From: Camelus ferus
Lineage: Eukaryota
Direction: 5' to 3'
Length of the DNA stretch: 64,000 bases
Assembly: GCF_009834535.1 (NCBI RefSeq)
Contig: NC_045697.1
Coordinates: 54,996,001 to 55,060,000 of the forward strand
Shown here: positions 50,248 through 62,800 of the stretch, one piece after another
Position numbering within the stretch: position 1 is the first letter of the stretch
How the letters are laid out: every line of letters starts with the position of its first letter
Made by a program: the position numbers and the translations under genes
The notes under the pieces: generated by a model
Told to the model about the DNA's origin: nothing
What the model saw: the letters and a program-made list of their open reading frames with translations, nothing else
Database searches by the model: none

Positions 50248-52286
50248 CTAAAAATTACCAGTTACTTAACCTGAAACTGTAGTGGTCTTTTATAGGTAGT
50301 ACTGTTCTGAGAGACCCAAGTCCATTTTGAAATAATTTAATATGAATTTTTCCTCAGAGTAAGCAGCAAATTCTTTTCTTTTTATGGTGATAGAGCTTTC
50401 AGAGTCTTATTTCTCCCTGGTAGGAAATAATTTTGTTGGGGCAAAAAAAAAAAAAACACCTCCATCTAGACTGATTTGAATTGCTTAGGTGTCCCTTCAA
50501 ACAATAAAGTTTGAAGTGTTTTAAAGGCTAGCTTTACTCAGATGATGGAAATATTAAAAAAGAATAAAAAGGAAAGCATTGCTCTTACTTGGAGGCAATT
50601 CTTTTCCTTAGAAGCAGGGTGTTTGTTGTAGGCTACAGGGAGACTATTGGCCTATTCATGACATTAGTGGTAGCCATTTCTAGACAAGGAAAGGCTCACA
50701 CAGTAACTCTGAGTGCTGTGAAATGATCCAAATTGGAAGGCGAAGAAATGAAAACGTGTGCTGCTTTAAAGACCGTGTATGCTCATAAAAATGAGCTGTT
50801 ATGGTGGTCTTTCATCCCCATCCCTGCAGATAAAAAGCTGTCTCCACATGATTTGCTAAAGCCCTCTTACCTTGCTTTCACAGAACAAGGAATCATGATT
50901 GAAAACAGGGCAGGTTTTTTTGTCAAGTTGCTATGGTGAGAAGATTGGAAAAAAAAAAAAAACTCTAAGTGTTCATGAAATTGAAATATCTTTTATTGGC
51001 CCTTTCTTGATAAATTGTGTGTGTGTGTATAAATATATAAGTGAATTTGTACCCCTTTCACAGAATGTCTCCCCTCTTCCGTGGCTAATATTTGCATTGT
51101 GTGGACAATTTCTAATGTTTTCAAAGGTTTTCTCCTTTGAAAGTAATAAGCAATAGAAAAAATATTCTTCATCCATTGTATTATAAATGTTTACATTAAT
51201 CTTGTCTCATTCTGCTAAATGTCTTTATTTGTTAGCACAATTGTAATGAACAGAGAAATGGTCCCGTGTGCCACTAACTATTGTCAGCCCAAGTATTCTC
51301 TAGTGTTAATCCATTTTTCCTTTAACTGAATTTGGATTCCTTTGAGGTGAGAAAAACAGACTTTAAATACTATTGATTGATTGTTTGTTTGATTGATTGA
51401 TTACTCTTTGAGATGCCTATGTGGATGTGGATGCAAGAAATAAGGAAAGGCTTGCTCATTCATTTTTCTTTGAAATTCCATGCAGATAGTTGGAGGTTGG
51501 GGAGAAATTTTCATCATGTAATTGCTCTCAAGCATGAGTAACTGAGAATTTTATATGAGGAATAATTCATGTGGTGCATCTGGACATTTCTTAGGCTAAT
51601 ATTATTAACGAGAAATAGACTTCTGGAAATAATAGTTTCCATTGTTTAACCTGATATGCAGATTGTTAGACAGTATCATCCTGGATGCATGTTTTTTGAA
51701 TATTCAAATCAAAACTTAAGATTGAGCAGGTTTGCGATGAGACCCTTTACTTTATAGATTTAACCAAGATTTTACCAAAGGATAAAACAAATGTGATGCA
51801 TTCCCTTACTCACCCATTCAGTAAGTTCTTATTGATCATGTATGTTTCAGGTTTGATGCAACATTATTCAAATTTTGTTTGTGGAGATATTTATTTTTAC
51901 CTAAAGTGGTTTTGTTTCTGTTTTTGTTTTGTGACTATCTGAGCTGATAGTTATGGTACCTGGTTCTAGGTCCATATTCTATAGTGAAATTGCAGTATGA
52001 TCTATCACCAGACATTTAATCCGTTTTTATCTCCTATAGAAAAGGGGAAAAAAAATCCTTGCTTTTTCTAGCTGCTGTATCTGGAAATATGATTAGAACA
52101 GATACAGGTTAACCACAGCTTGGAAAGCATCTCACATTTCCCAAATGAAGGATGCTGAGAAGTGACAATTATTATGAGAATCAATATCTTTTTTACATTA
52201 GATAACAAAGGTGAGAAAGATAACTCTTTGGCTTTATTAGAAACAACCTGACTTCTTTGGGTATGTTCAGAAACTAACCTCAAAAC

Positions 52287-52543
52287 CAGGGGTAGAGATG
52301 GGGAAAGAGTGTGGGAAGGGATAAATTGGGAGTTCGAGATTTGCAGATACCAACTACTGTATCTATAACATAGATAAAACAACAGTTTTCTTCTGTATAG
52401 CACAGAGAACTATATTCTATATCTTACAGTAACCTATAATGAAAAATAATATGAAAATGAATATATGTATGACTGAAACATTATGCTGTACACCAGAAAT
52501 TGACACCATATTGCAAACTGATTATACTTCAATAAAAAGAAAA
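52287..52543 (+). mobile_element. Young L1 3' end (tail type B)
   Basis: gggaagggataaattgggagttcgagatttgcagatac...ctgtatagcacagagaactatattc...ccagaaattgacacc...gattatacttcaataaaaagaaaa; same family as the 43.9 kb copy. Confidence 0.9.
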
Positions 52544-53299
52544 GGGGGTTAGGTGGCAGAAGCATAAGGAAACTGCGAAGCTTTGCTAGGGATCAGAAGG
52601 ATAAGCATGAGAAGCTTCTCTCACATGAACCCTACAGCTGGCCTCTACCCCTTGCTTTGCTCACAAAACATGATACTAGAGCTAAGTGAGCATCCTTCCT
52701 TCCGTACTGCTCTCTTTTCCCCTCTAAATCAGAGGAGGCATCTGAAGGGGAAAGTGGGGTGTGCACATATGATGGATGTATCTTATTACTGGCCAGGGAA
52801 GAGAGAAATGACAACCACCACTTCCTGCCGGTGACATATTGCAGGGGACCCAAAGCAAAGTAATATCATGAGGAAGGGGATGCTCTCTGGCTTAGTCAGA
52901 GAGAAGCTAGGGGTTCTGCCTAAAATGTGAATTCCTAGAGGAAAAACTATATTAGCATAGAAAGTTAGTGATAGAATTGAAATGATCCTTTAATAGGTGT
53001 TTGTCTTGCTTATATATTTGCAGTGAGATAGTAAAGCATGAGCAATGTCCCTTCCTGGTGTTGTAAAAATGTGGGGATTGTAATTAATTAAGATGCTATA
53101 TCGAAACATTGGCAAAGTTTTGTGTTTTCTAATACATATGTGGCACAGTTTCAGCCAGTGTTCTTGTTGTTGTTATTTAATCTCATAACATATGCTTTTT
53201 AGGACTGTCATCTTTTTAGAATTTACAAAGGAAATAAAAATCAGACTATTATCTGACTTTTGCTCCTGAGAAACTAATGAGCAAGAGTCATTACTCATA

Positions 53300-53740
53300 A
53301 TGGAATAATTAATTGGGTTTCCACCCTGTGCCAGACAGTGAGCTGGGATCTGGACTCCCTTTGATAAAAAACAGTTCTTTTTCTCATGGCACTCACAGTG
53401 TAGGCAGAGACAGGTAAACAAATCATTGCCATATAAGTTGATAAATGCTATAATAAAGGTATGAACAGATGCCACGAACACAGTAGAGGGAAGATTTAAG
53501 TGCCTCCAGCAGAAAGCAAGAGTTATCAGAGTAGCTGGTACATGACTTATAACAAGATTTCACAAAGCTAGAAAAGAATGGACAGGAAACACAATTTAAA
53601 GGTATTAGCATAGGCAAAGATACACAAAGTTTCAATGAATGCAGGGTCAGCTTGAAAAACAGTCTTTCTGTGATGCCAAAGATTTAGAATTTTACCCAGA
53701 AGAGAATAGGAAGGTATTCCAGGAGATAGATACAATCAAA
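53300..53740 (-). mobile_element. L2 LINE 3' region
   Basis: ctgtgccagacagtgagctggg...ctcatggcactcacagtgtaggcagagacaggtaaacaaat...gataaatgctataataaaggtatg...gatttagaattttaccc. Confidence 0.6.
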
Positions 53741-53869
53741 ATAATTTTCTCAAATTTTAATAAATATTGATTTGCTTCTTCTACCTGCCAGGATACCATG
53801 TGCTGTTTTAGGTGCCTTGTAGTATATTAGAGTTGGTGCTAAAGGATTAAAGAGGCTTGAGGGTTAAAT

Positions 53870-54360
53870 GGGTGAGAATTAAAAATGACCAGTAATAGAA
53901 AACTGAAGGTAACTTAAGAAAAAGAATGTTTATTCCCACACAACAACAGCAGATCGGCAATCCCAGGATTGATTTAGAGGAGCTCACAGTGTCATCAAAG
54001 ACCAACGATCTTCCCACCTCTCATCTTTAACTTATTCCTTTATTGGCCAAAAATTGCTCCCAAAGCTGTAACCATCACCTGCTTACACAACTGGTCCACG
54101 TGTAGCAGGGAATAAGGGAAAGGATGAGAGTTTTACTCTTTCATCTCTCTCTCTTTGTGAGGGAAGTCTTTCTGTGAAGACCCTTAGAAGAATTTTCTTC
54201 TGTCTTATTGGAGACAACTGACCATACAGACATCAGTGTTTTCAAGGGAGTTTGGGAAAGGGAATAATATTCATTTTCAGCCTTTCTACAAGCAGTGGAA
54301 TTTTCCATTGAGGGAGAGGGATAGAAAATGGCTGTTGAATTAGCCACCACTGGTGTTTGA
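53870..54360 (-). mobile_element. Old MaLR LTR (MLT1J/K-like)
   Basis: aacttaagaaaaagaatgtttatt...gctcacagtgtcatcaaagacc...ttcttctgtcttattgg...tcaagggagtttgggaaa...aatggctgttgaattagcca. Confidence 0.55.
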
Positions 54361-54384
54361 CTCCTTTTAAGTAAAATTAGTATT

Positions 54385-56500
54385 TGAGAGTTGAGGGGAA
54401 ATGGAGGCAACATTGAAGAAGATGTAGAAATAGGGAGAAAATCAGATGACAGTGGTGGAGTTGATAAATAGGAGGTCACTGTTGACTCTTATTTCAGAAA
54501 TTTCAGGGGAGTTTACTGTTAGGTGCCAAATGTGCTAAATAAGTAGTAAATGAGTGGTGAGGAAATAGATGAAGAAAATACTTTCTTAAAGAAGTTTTAG
54601 AAAAGAGGACAGGAGGAAGCAGCACATGATGGAAAGAGATTAAGGAAAAGCTTTTCATTGAGGATGTGGGAGATAATTGATCGTATTTACATGCTGTAGG
54701 TGAGGGAGAAGCATAGATAAGAAAATCAGACACAAGAAGCAGGTGTGACAATTGTTTAGATCCCAGACTCAATTGGAATGGTTGGATCCAGGAGGAAGAA
54801 TTACTCTCACATTCAGGAGAAAGAAGGAGGCTAGAATATGGAGTTAGGGGCAGTTAGCCTATCAGTGATCATTAAAATCTAGCCTAACTAGTGCAGAGAG
54901 CAAGTTATAGGTGAATTTGAAAACTGAAATTCATCAGTTGCTACATCGTGGCCCCTGTTTTTACTGAAACCTTGGAGATGTTGTCAGATACTGAAACTCT
55001 GTATGTGTGTAAAAGGAGAGGGTGTGATGGGTGCTAATGGTGGGCTAGAATAGTTTGAGGTTGGTATAAATTTGGAATAGTCAAAGCAAGAAATTAGAAA
55101 AAAAATTACTAGTAGTCTGTGAAAGAACTGTTGGAGTATGTTCAGTATCAGACTGTCATTAAAAACTTACCTTTAAATAATGCAGACTTGTAGGATTATG
55201 GCTCCTTACACAATACTCAATAGCCAATAAGTACAAGTAGATAAAGCAGTTACTTTGAATGATCCAGTGTTACACATTATCAGAGAACAGAGGACATGGA
55301 TAAGATAGAGCAATTAGAATAGCGGTGAAGAGAGACCAGGAAGTTGAGTGTAAAATGAGAAGAATGAATCTATGAGGATGCTACTAGACTGGAAATACAA
55401 GATGGCTTATTTTTATATAGTGTCTATCTTACTCACAAACCTTCTTTCTTTGGTACTTAATAGCCATATTTATCTGACTGTATATGTGATCTCCAGCCAT
55501 AGTTAATTGGCCAAAGAGTCAACCCTTTGTGGTTTTCACTGACCTGTGAATCAACACCAGATTGCTGAGAAATAAGTTTTTTCCTCCGTGAACTGGAATT
55601 CAGAAATAATCATTAAATCTGGGTTAGGCTGGCATTGAGGTAATGCAAATACAGGAGCTTTATAGTAGGATTCTGCTACTACTACATGGCAAAACAGAGA
55701 AAACTTGAGTTGAATAAGAAAAGAGAAGCACAGAGAGAACAGGGATGAACACATACACAAAATACTGCTTGAGACCCTGATGCCTTTGCAGTTTTTGATT
55801 CTAATACCTTGTGATGCTTGGCTCTGTTCCTCCTGTTCATTTGATTCCATCAGATATGCCTGCATCTTATATTAATTTTTCCTTTTATGCTTGAGCTAGT
55901 TTAAGTTGGCATTGCTTGAATCCCAGGGGGTCTTAGGAAGGACTAGATCAAAGCACTGGAGGTCGTCACTAGTCAAAAAAGAGATTTATTGCTAATGGGT
56001 GTTCTGGAAAGTTAAAATAGGAAAGTTTATGAGAGAGTTGTTATAAAGGTGACATGAAATTAAATGTTTTTTCATTTTGAGAATTTCCAAAGTCAGTTAA
56101 TGAGGTAGGGGTGATAGCAATCCAGTGTAGGGCAGTAGAGGAATGTTGTTGAGAGGAGTGGAGGTTGTTTAGGTGAAAGAAGACCAGTATTTACTAGGCT
56201 CGGCTGCTGGATGCATCATCTATTTAGATTTTGAAATTAGCTAGGGGTTGTAGTAAAAAAAAGGGTATGGACTAACTGACAAAAACTTCGCTGAATGTAG
56301 AAGTGTGATCTAAAGGTTGGTAGACAGCATGAAGAATTGTGGGAAGGGTAAGCTAAGATGGCATGCACCTCAGAAGATAACGCTTCCTGGGAGAAGTGAA
56401 AAATCACAGTGGTATAGAAAGAGCAGTAAAGAAAAAAAGTCTCCTTTGCATTCTATCCCTGGGATGCTTGGCCACCAGAGAGTAAACAATCTCCAGTGAA
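54385..56500 (-). mobile_element. Long L2 LINE remnant, interrupted by an MLT1-like LTR at ~55420-55935
   Basis: Purine-rich antisense L2 text (ggaggtcactgttgact, gaaaatactttcttaaagaagtttt, ggatgcatcatctatttagattttgaaatt); the insert ends with MLT1-type ttccttttatgcttgagctagtttaagttgg. Confidence 0.55.
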
Positions 56501-56654
56501 TAATCTATTGCATACTCAAAGTATTTGAATGTCATTATTTACTGGCAGCATCCCAAGGGAGTCTTATGGGATGCCAAAAAAGAAAGAATGCAAAGAGGAG
56601 AAATTACAAAAAAGGGCAACTATTAATACCAAGATATTCTCTAGCTACAAGTTT

Positions 56655-56817
56655 ATACTGTATGGCACAGGAAACTATATTTGATATCTTGTAGTAACAT
56701 ATAATGAAAAAGAATATGAAAATAAATATATGAATGTTTATGTATAACTAAACTACTATGCTTTATACCAGAAACTGACACAACATTATAAACTGACTAT
56801 ATTTCAAATTAAAAAAG
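56655..56817 (+). mobile_element. Young L1 3' end (tail type B), ~160 bp
   Basis: atactgtatggcacaggaaactatatttgatatcttgtagtaacatataatgaaaaagaatatgaa...ccagaaactgacacaacattataaactgactatatttcaaattaaaaaa. Confidence 0.85.
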
Positions 56818-57334
56818 AGTCTATTTACATAGAATCATCTATACTTCAGTGAATATATTTATCTGTGTACTTTCTGGAACGAGAGTATTTCTGTTCATTT
56901 TCGGAGTCCAAACTTTGAGGGAATTTCACCTGGAAACCAAATATCAGATCTTACTGAATGATACTCACATAAACTGTTTTATCCAAGAAGTAGGGAAAAG
57001 CACTTTGATATTACATTTTCCATACATCTGCATTTATTTATCCAATTCAAGCAGTTGCCTAGTGGTGATGCCCTTCAGAGAGAACAAAAGGACAGGAGGA
57101 AAAGAAGATGAACTTTTCAAAATTGCTTCAAGCTTTATATTTAGACATAGAGCTTTGAATATTTTCAGAACCTCGCACTCAAAACACTTCTGGTTTATTC
57201 TCCTTCATCTGTGCTCCATCAATCCATATCATTGGCTTTGCTTTAAACAACCTCAGCATCCTGTGCTCCATGCAGTTAATAAAATTCGTTCCAGGTTTTG
57301 AGGTTGTTTTTGTGAATGTGTATTTTGCTTTATT

Positions 57335-57465
57335 AATGGAACTGTAAGACCCTTCAAAAGCAGGGACATTTAACTTTCATATTCATGCAGTTTCTAAAAC
57401 AATGTTTGAACATATAGTAGGTGTGCAGCAAATGGATATTGCTGAAGGGATTGGCTGAATGAATT
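57335..57465 (+). mobile_element. L2 3' terminus
   Basis: actgtaagacccttcaaaagcagggac...aacaatgtttgaacatatagtaggtgtgcagcaaat...tgaatgaat. Confidence 0.55.
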
Positions 57466-57889
57466 ACTAAATCCAAGACAAAGACCCCCAAACAGAATCT
57501 GTGAGGAAAAGAAAGAAGAAAGGTCATTGTTGCAAAACTTTGTTTCTGTATCAGTTCTACTTCCAGGCAGATTCACTAGTACATTCTCTGAGAAGGGAGA
57601 GATTTTAACGAAATCTGATGTTAGCAACACATCCTTGTTCTGGTAACCAACTAGTAATTAGCACACATGGAAACTGCAGTTAGTACATTTTGGGGAGGAG
57701 AACAGACATGGAATTTCTTTGCCAACATTGTGTCAAGTAAATGTAGCATGATGCTAGACAGACTCTGTTGTACCCTGTGACTTATACTCATTGTCCTAAT
57801 CACTCAGAAACCGTTACATCAAAATGAGCCTCAGTAAGAGATAGGAAGAGCCATTTTAATTATAAATCTGCAACATCATAGGCAGAGTG

Positions 57890-58100
57890 TTAATAACTGA
57901 TAGTATTTATAGGTCACATTTAATTTTGTGATGACCTTATATTCTGTGAACTATCATTGTGAATACCTTACTTTAAGGACAAAGAAAGGAAAATTGCAGA
58001 CATTATGTGACTTTTCCAAGGTAATACAACTAGGAAATGATAAAGGCAGAAGTCTAGATCTCCTGATTTCAAAGGTGGATTATTTTGTTGCTCTGCCCTG
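57890..58100 (-). mobile_element. MIR SINE (diverged)
   Basis: tatgtgacttttccaaggtaatacaactaggaaatgataaaggcagaagtctagatctcctgatttc. Confidence 0.5.
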
Positions 58101-59859
58101 TTGGAGAAAATTCTACATTCTTCTCCAAAAAGTTTATGAAGTTCATCTCCTGTAGCAGTGGTGAAGCAATAGCAGTAGTAGCAGTAGTGGTAAGTGGCCA
58201 TGACAGCAGTAGTAGTAATTTATTAAATGCTTGCTATGTGCCAAGAACTGATCTAAATGTTTGACATGCATTAGCAGAGTAGAAACATGATGGAAAAAGA
58301 GGCAGTGATCTTCCAAGATCATTGCTTAGTTTATCCAAATGTGGGCTTTGTTCATCTAAAACACCTCTTTTACCTTTCACGAGTAGACTAACATGAGGAC
58401 ATGCAGTCACATACATACTTTCTAGGTACTGCTGTCTTCTAGCCTCTTAAACATCTTCCCACTCTTGTATATATGTGTACAAAAAAGGCAGCAGCATGTT
58501 TTTGTTCCATATATATGGCTGTTTGGAAGCAGTTTTGCCAGGGTCTATACTTAATAGTCAAGGGCACAGATTTCATTTTCATGCCCATTATGTGTCAGTA
58601 GCTTGAATCACATATATTATGAGTCATGACTGCCTTACATTTCCTAAGCTGCTGTGGTAATGTTCCCCTACTTCAGACTGCTACGTGCTTATTAGTGTCC
58701 GATGGTAACTGATTCCTACTGAGCCAGTGCATCTCTAAAGAATTATCAAGGGTATTATGTACTGAGTTAACAATGAATGCTACTTTGGGTGGCAACAGGA
58801 GCCATGAAAAGATAATCATGTACAAATTTAAAATCGTAAAGTGTGCAAAATAGGAAAACTCCAAATTACACGAAGAGTTACATGTACCTACATAAATAGA
58901 TTTCTTTCAGCTTTCCACCTTGAAATTACTTCAAAACCAACATATGGCAAATAAAACCACCTTTTCCCAGTTTCCCTACAATCTCATTTAATCCTGTTTT
59001 ACATACAAAATGTGTCTCCAAGAAGCCTCCTTATCTCTCTATACAAAGGCAGCTAAGGTGAGAAAAGATGGTGGGATGTCTGGAAATATTAGAGGTGGGC
59101 TGTGGATGTGAAGGAGAAAATTAACTCATCTGAAAGGTTTGAATAAATACAATTGAAAAGCAAGCAAGAAAAGCTGAGGTCACTGTAGGATGCGCAATAA
59201 ATGCTATGGGCCACATCTCTGCTCCTCATTTTCTATTATATTGTAGTAATGTGCTATTCTATCTTTTGCCCTCTGTTCATTAAAATTTGTCAGCTTCCTG
59301 AATCTCAACAGAAATATTGAAACACTGATTTTTATGTTTAAGGATAAATAATATTTGACTTATATCCATTCTAGAACAATGTAGAGGTATTCATCAGTAA
59401 ACAATAGTGATAATGGGAAACATGTTGTACAGTAATTGAAAATTTTAATTTGATTTAACATCATATTTAAAGTATAGATCTCACTGCAGTTTGAACTTAT
59501 TTCTATATGAACACCCTATAATTATCATTAGTGATTAATTTTTCAAATATTATTCATATTTACTGTTCCACTATCTAATCTTGTACAGTGTCTTACCTAT
59601 TCTTACTATTCTGTAATACTGGAAGCTTCACAAATGTGTATTTCTATGTTCCTTGGTTTGATTATCTCTAGCAGGATATATAATGGAGGAGAATGGATTT
59701 GATATAAACATTAAGGGCGTGTGTTCACTGAGGGTAACTAAAAAGACCAACAAAACAAAACCCAGAAAACTAAAGAAAGGAGCCCTGAACATAAGCTTGA
59801 GTAGATATGGATCCTGAAATTAATTCTATAAAGGAAAGAATATCTAAATTAATCTCACT

Positions 59860-62800
59860 TTAGAGTCACAAAAACTAAATAAAATCCAAAGGAATAAAAT
59901 ACAAAGGAAAATTACCAAACCACAAAAGAAAGAATAAAGGAACAAAGAGGAAATACCAAATCAACTGTGAATATAAGTTTAAAATGGCAATAAACACACA
60001 TCTATCATTAATTACTGTAAATGTTAATGGACTAAATGTTCCAATCAAAACACATAGAGTGGTAGACTGGATAATAAAGCAAAAACCTTCAATATGCTAC
60101 ATACAAGAGACACACTTTAGGGAGAAGGATACATACAGATTGAGAGTGAAAGGATAGAAAAGATATTCCATGCAAATGAAAAAGCCAAAAAAAGTGGGTG
60201 TAGCAGTACTGATTTCAGACAAAATAGACTTTAAAACAAAGGCCATAAAGAAAGATACAGAAGGACATTTTGTAATGATTAAAGGAGTAATACAAGATGA
60301 GAATATCACACTCATTAATATATATGCCCCCAATATAGGAGCACCTAAGTACACAAAACAATTACTAACAGAGATAAAGGGGGATATTGATGGGAGGAAT
60401 ACAATCATTGTCCGAGATTTTAACACAGCATTAACATCACTAGACAGATCTTCCAGACAGAAAATAAATAAGGCAACAGAGAAATTAAATAATACAATAG
60501 AAAAATTAGAGTTGGTGGATATTTTCAGAGCATTACACCCCCCCAAAATAGGATATACATTCTTTTCAAATGCACATGGAACATTTTCTAGGATTAATCA
60601 TGTACTTGGGCACAAAAGAAACCTTAACAATTTTAAGAAGATAGAAATTATCTCAAGCATCTTTAGTGACCACAATGCCATGAAACTAGAAATCAACTAC
60701 AGAGAAACAAAGGAGAACAAAAGTAAAGCATGGAGATTAAAGAACATGGAATTAAAAAACCAATGGGTCAGTGAGAAAATCAAAGTTGAAATTAAAAAGT
60801 ACCTTGAGACAAGTGAAAATGAAAACACAACCACACAAATTTTATGGGATGCAGCAAAGGCAGTGCTAAGAGGGAAGTTTATAGCAATACAGGCCTTCCT
60901 CAAAAAAGAAGAACAATTTCAAATAAACAGTCTAACCCACCAGCTAAAAGAATTAGAAAAAGAAGAGCAAAAAACCCCAAAAGGCAGAAGAAAGAAGGAA
61001 ATAACAAAGATCAGGGAGGAAATAAACAAAATAGAGATTAAAAAAAAAAAATAGAAAAAAACCAATCAAACCAAAAGCTGGTTTTTTGAAAGAGTAAATA
61101 AAATTGACAAACCTCTGGCCAAACTCACAAGAAGAAAAAAGAGAGAGCACAAATAAGCAAAATAAGAAAGGAAAATGGAGACATTACAACAGATAACGTA
61201 GAAATACAGAATATCATATGAGAATATTATGAAAAACTATATGGAACCAAAATGGATAGCCTAGCGGAGATGGACAAGTTTCTGGAAACATACAGTTCAC
61301 CAAGACTGAATCAAGAAGAAACTGACCACTTGGACAAACTAATCACTAGAAATGAAATCAAATTAGCAATAAAAAAACTTCCCTACAAATAAAAGTCCAG
61401 GACCTGAAGACTTCAACAGGGAATTCTACTAAACATACAAAGAAGAACTCATACCAGTCCTACTCAAACTCTTCCAGAAGATTGAAAAGGAGGGAATACT
61501 CCCAAACTCATTCTATGAAGCCACCATCACCCTGATACCAAAACCAGGCGAAAAGACATGACCAAAAAACAGAATTACAGACCAATATCACTGATGAACA
61601 TAGATGCAAAAATCCTTACCAAAATATTAGCAAATATAATCCAACAGCACGTAAAAAAGATTATATATCATGACCAAGTGGGGTTCATCCCTGGGACACA
61701 AGGTTGGTTCAACATACACAATTCAATCAATGTAATACATCACATCAACAAGAGAAAGGACAAAAACTTCATGATCATCTCAATAGATGTGGAAAAAGCT
61801 TTTAATAAAATTCAACACCCATTTATGATAAAAACTCTCACCAAGTGGGTATAGAGGGAACATATCTCAACATAATAAAAGCTATATATGACAAAACTAC
61901 AGCTAGCATAGTACTCAACAGTGAAAAACTCAAAAGCTTCCCACTAAAATCTCGGACAAGACAAGGCTGCCCACTATCACCACTTGTATTCAACATAGTC
62001 TTGGAAGTCCTAGCCACAGCAATCAGGCAAGAGAGAGAAATAAAAGGGATCCAAACTGGAAAAGAAGAGGTAGAAGTGTCACTATATACCAATAACATGT
62101 TACTATATATAGAAAACCCTGTAAAGTCCACACAAAAACTACTAGAGCTGATTGAAGAATTAAGCAAGGTAGCAGGTTACAAGATTAACATTCAAAAATC
62201 AGTTGCATTTCTTTACACTAATGATGAATCAACAAAAAAAGAAAGTAAAGAATCAATCCCCTTTAAAATAGCACCCAAAGTAATAAAATACTTAGGAATA
62301 AATCTAACCAAGGAGGTGAAAGGATTATACACAGAAAACTATAAACCTATTGATGAAGGAAATTAAAGAAGACTTAAAAAAATGGAAAGATATCCCATGC
62401 TCCTGGATTGGAAGAATCAATATTGTTAAAATGGTCACACTGCCCAAGGCAATCTACAGATTTAATGCAATCCCTATCAAATTACCCAGGACATATTTCA
62501 CAGAACTAGAACAAATCATAATAAAAATTATATGGCACCATCAAAGACCTAGGATTGCCAAAGCATTACTGAAGAGAAAGAAAGAGGCTGGAGGAATAAC
62601 TCTCCCAGACTTCAGACAATACTATAGAGCTGCAGTCATCAAGACAGCATGGTAATGGTACAAAAACAGACATAGACCAGTGGAACAGAATAGACAGCCC
62701 AGAAATGAACCCACAAACTTTTGGTCAACTAATCTTTGACAAAGGAGGCAAGAATATACAATGGAATAAAGACAGTCTCTTCAGCAAATGGTACTGGGAA

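Noticed and set aside
56849..57301. 150-aa ORF in non-repeat sequence
   Set aside because: Starts at GTG, has no recognisable domain, has composition typical of AT-rich non-coding DNA, and lacks convincing splice signals.
60170..61054. 294-aa ORF as a functional host gene
   Set aside because: It is the endonuclease segment of a disrupted L1 ORF2, with an upstream in-frame stop and a downstream frameshift.
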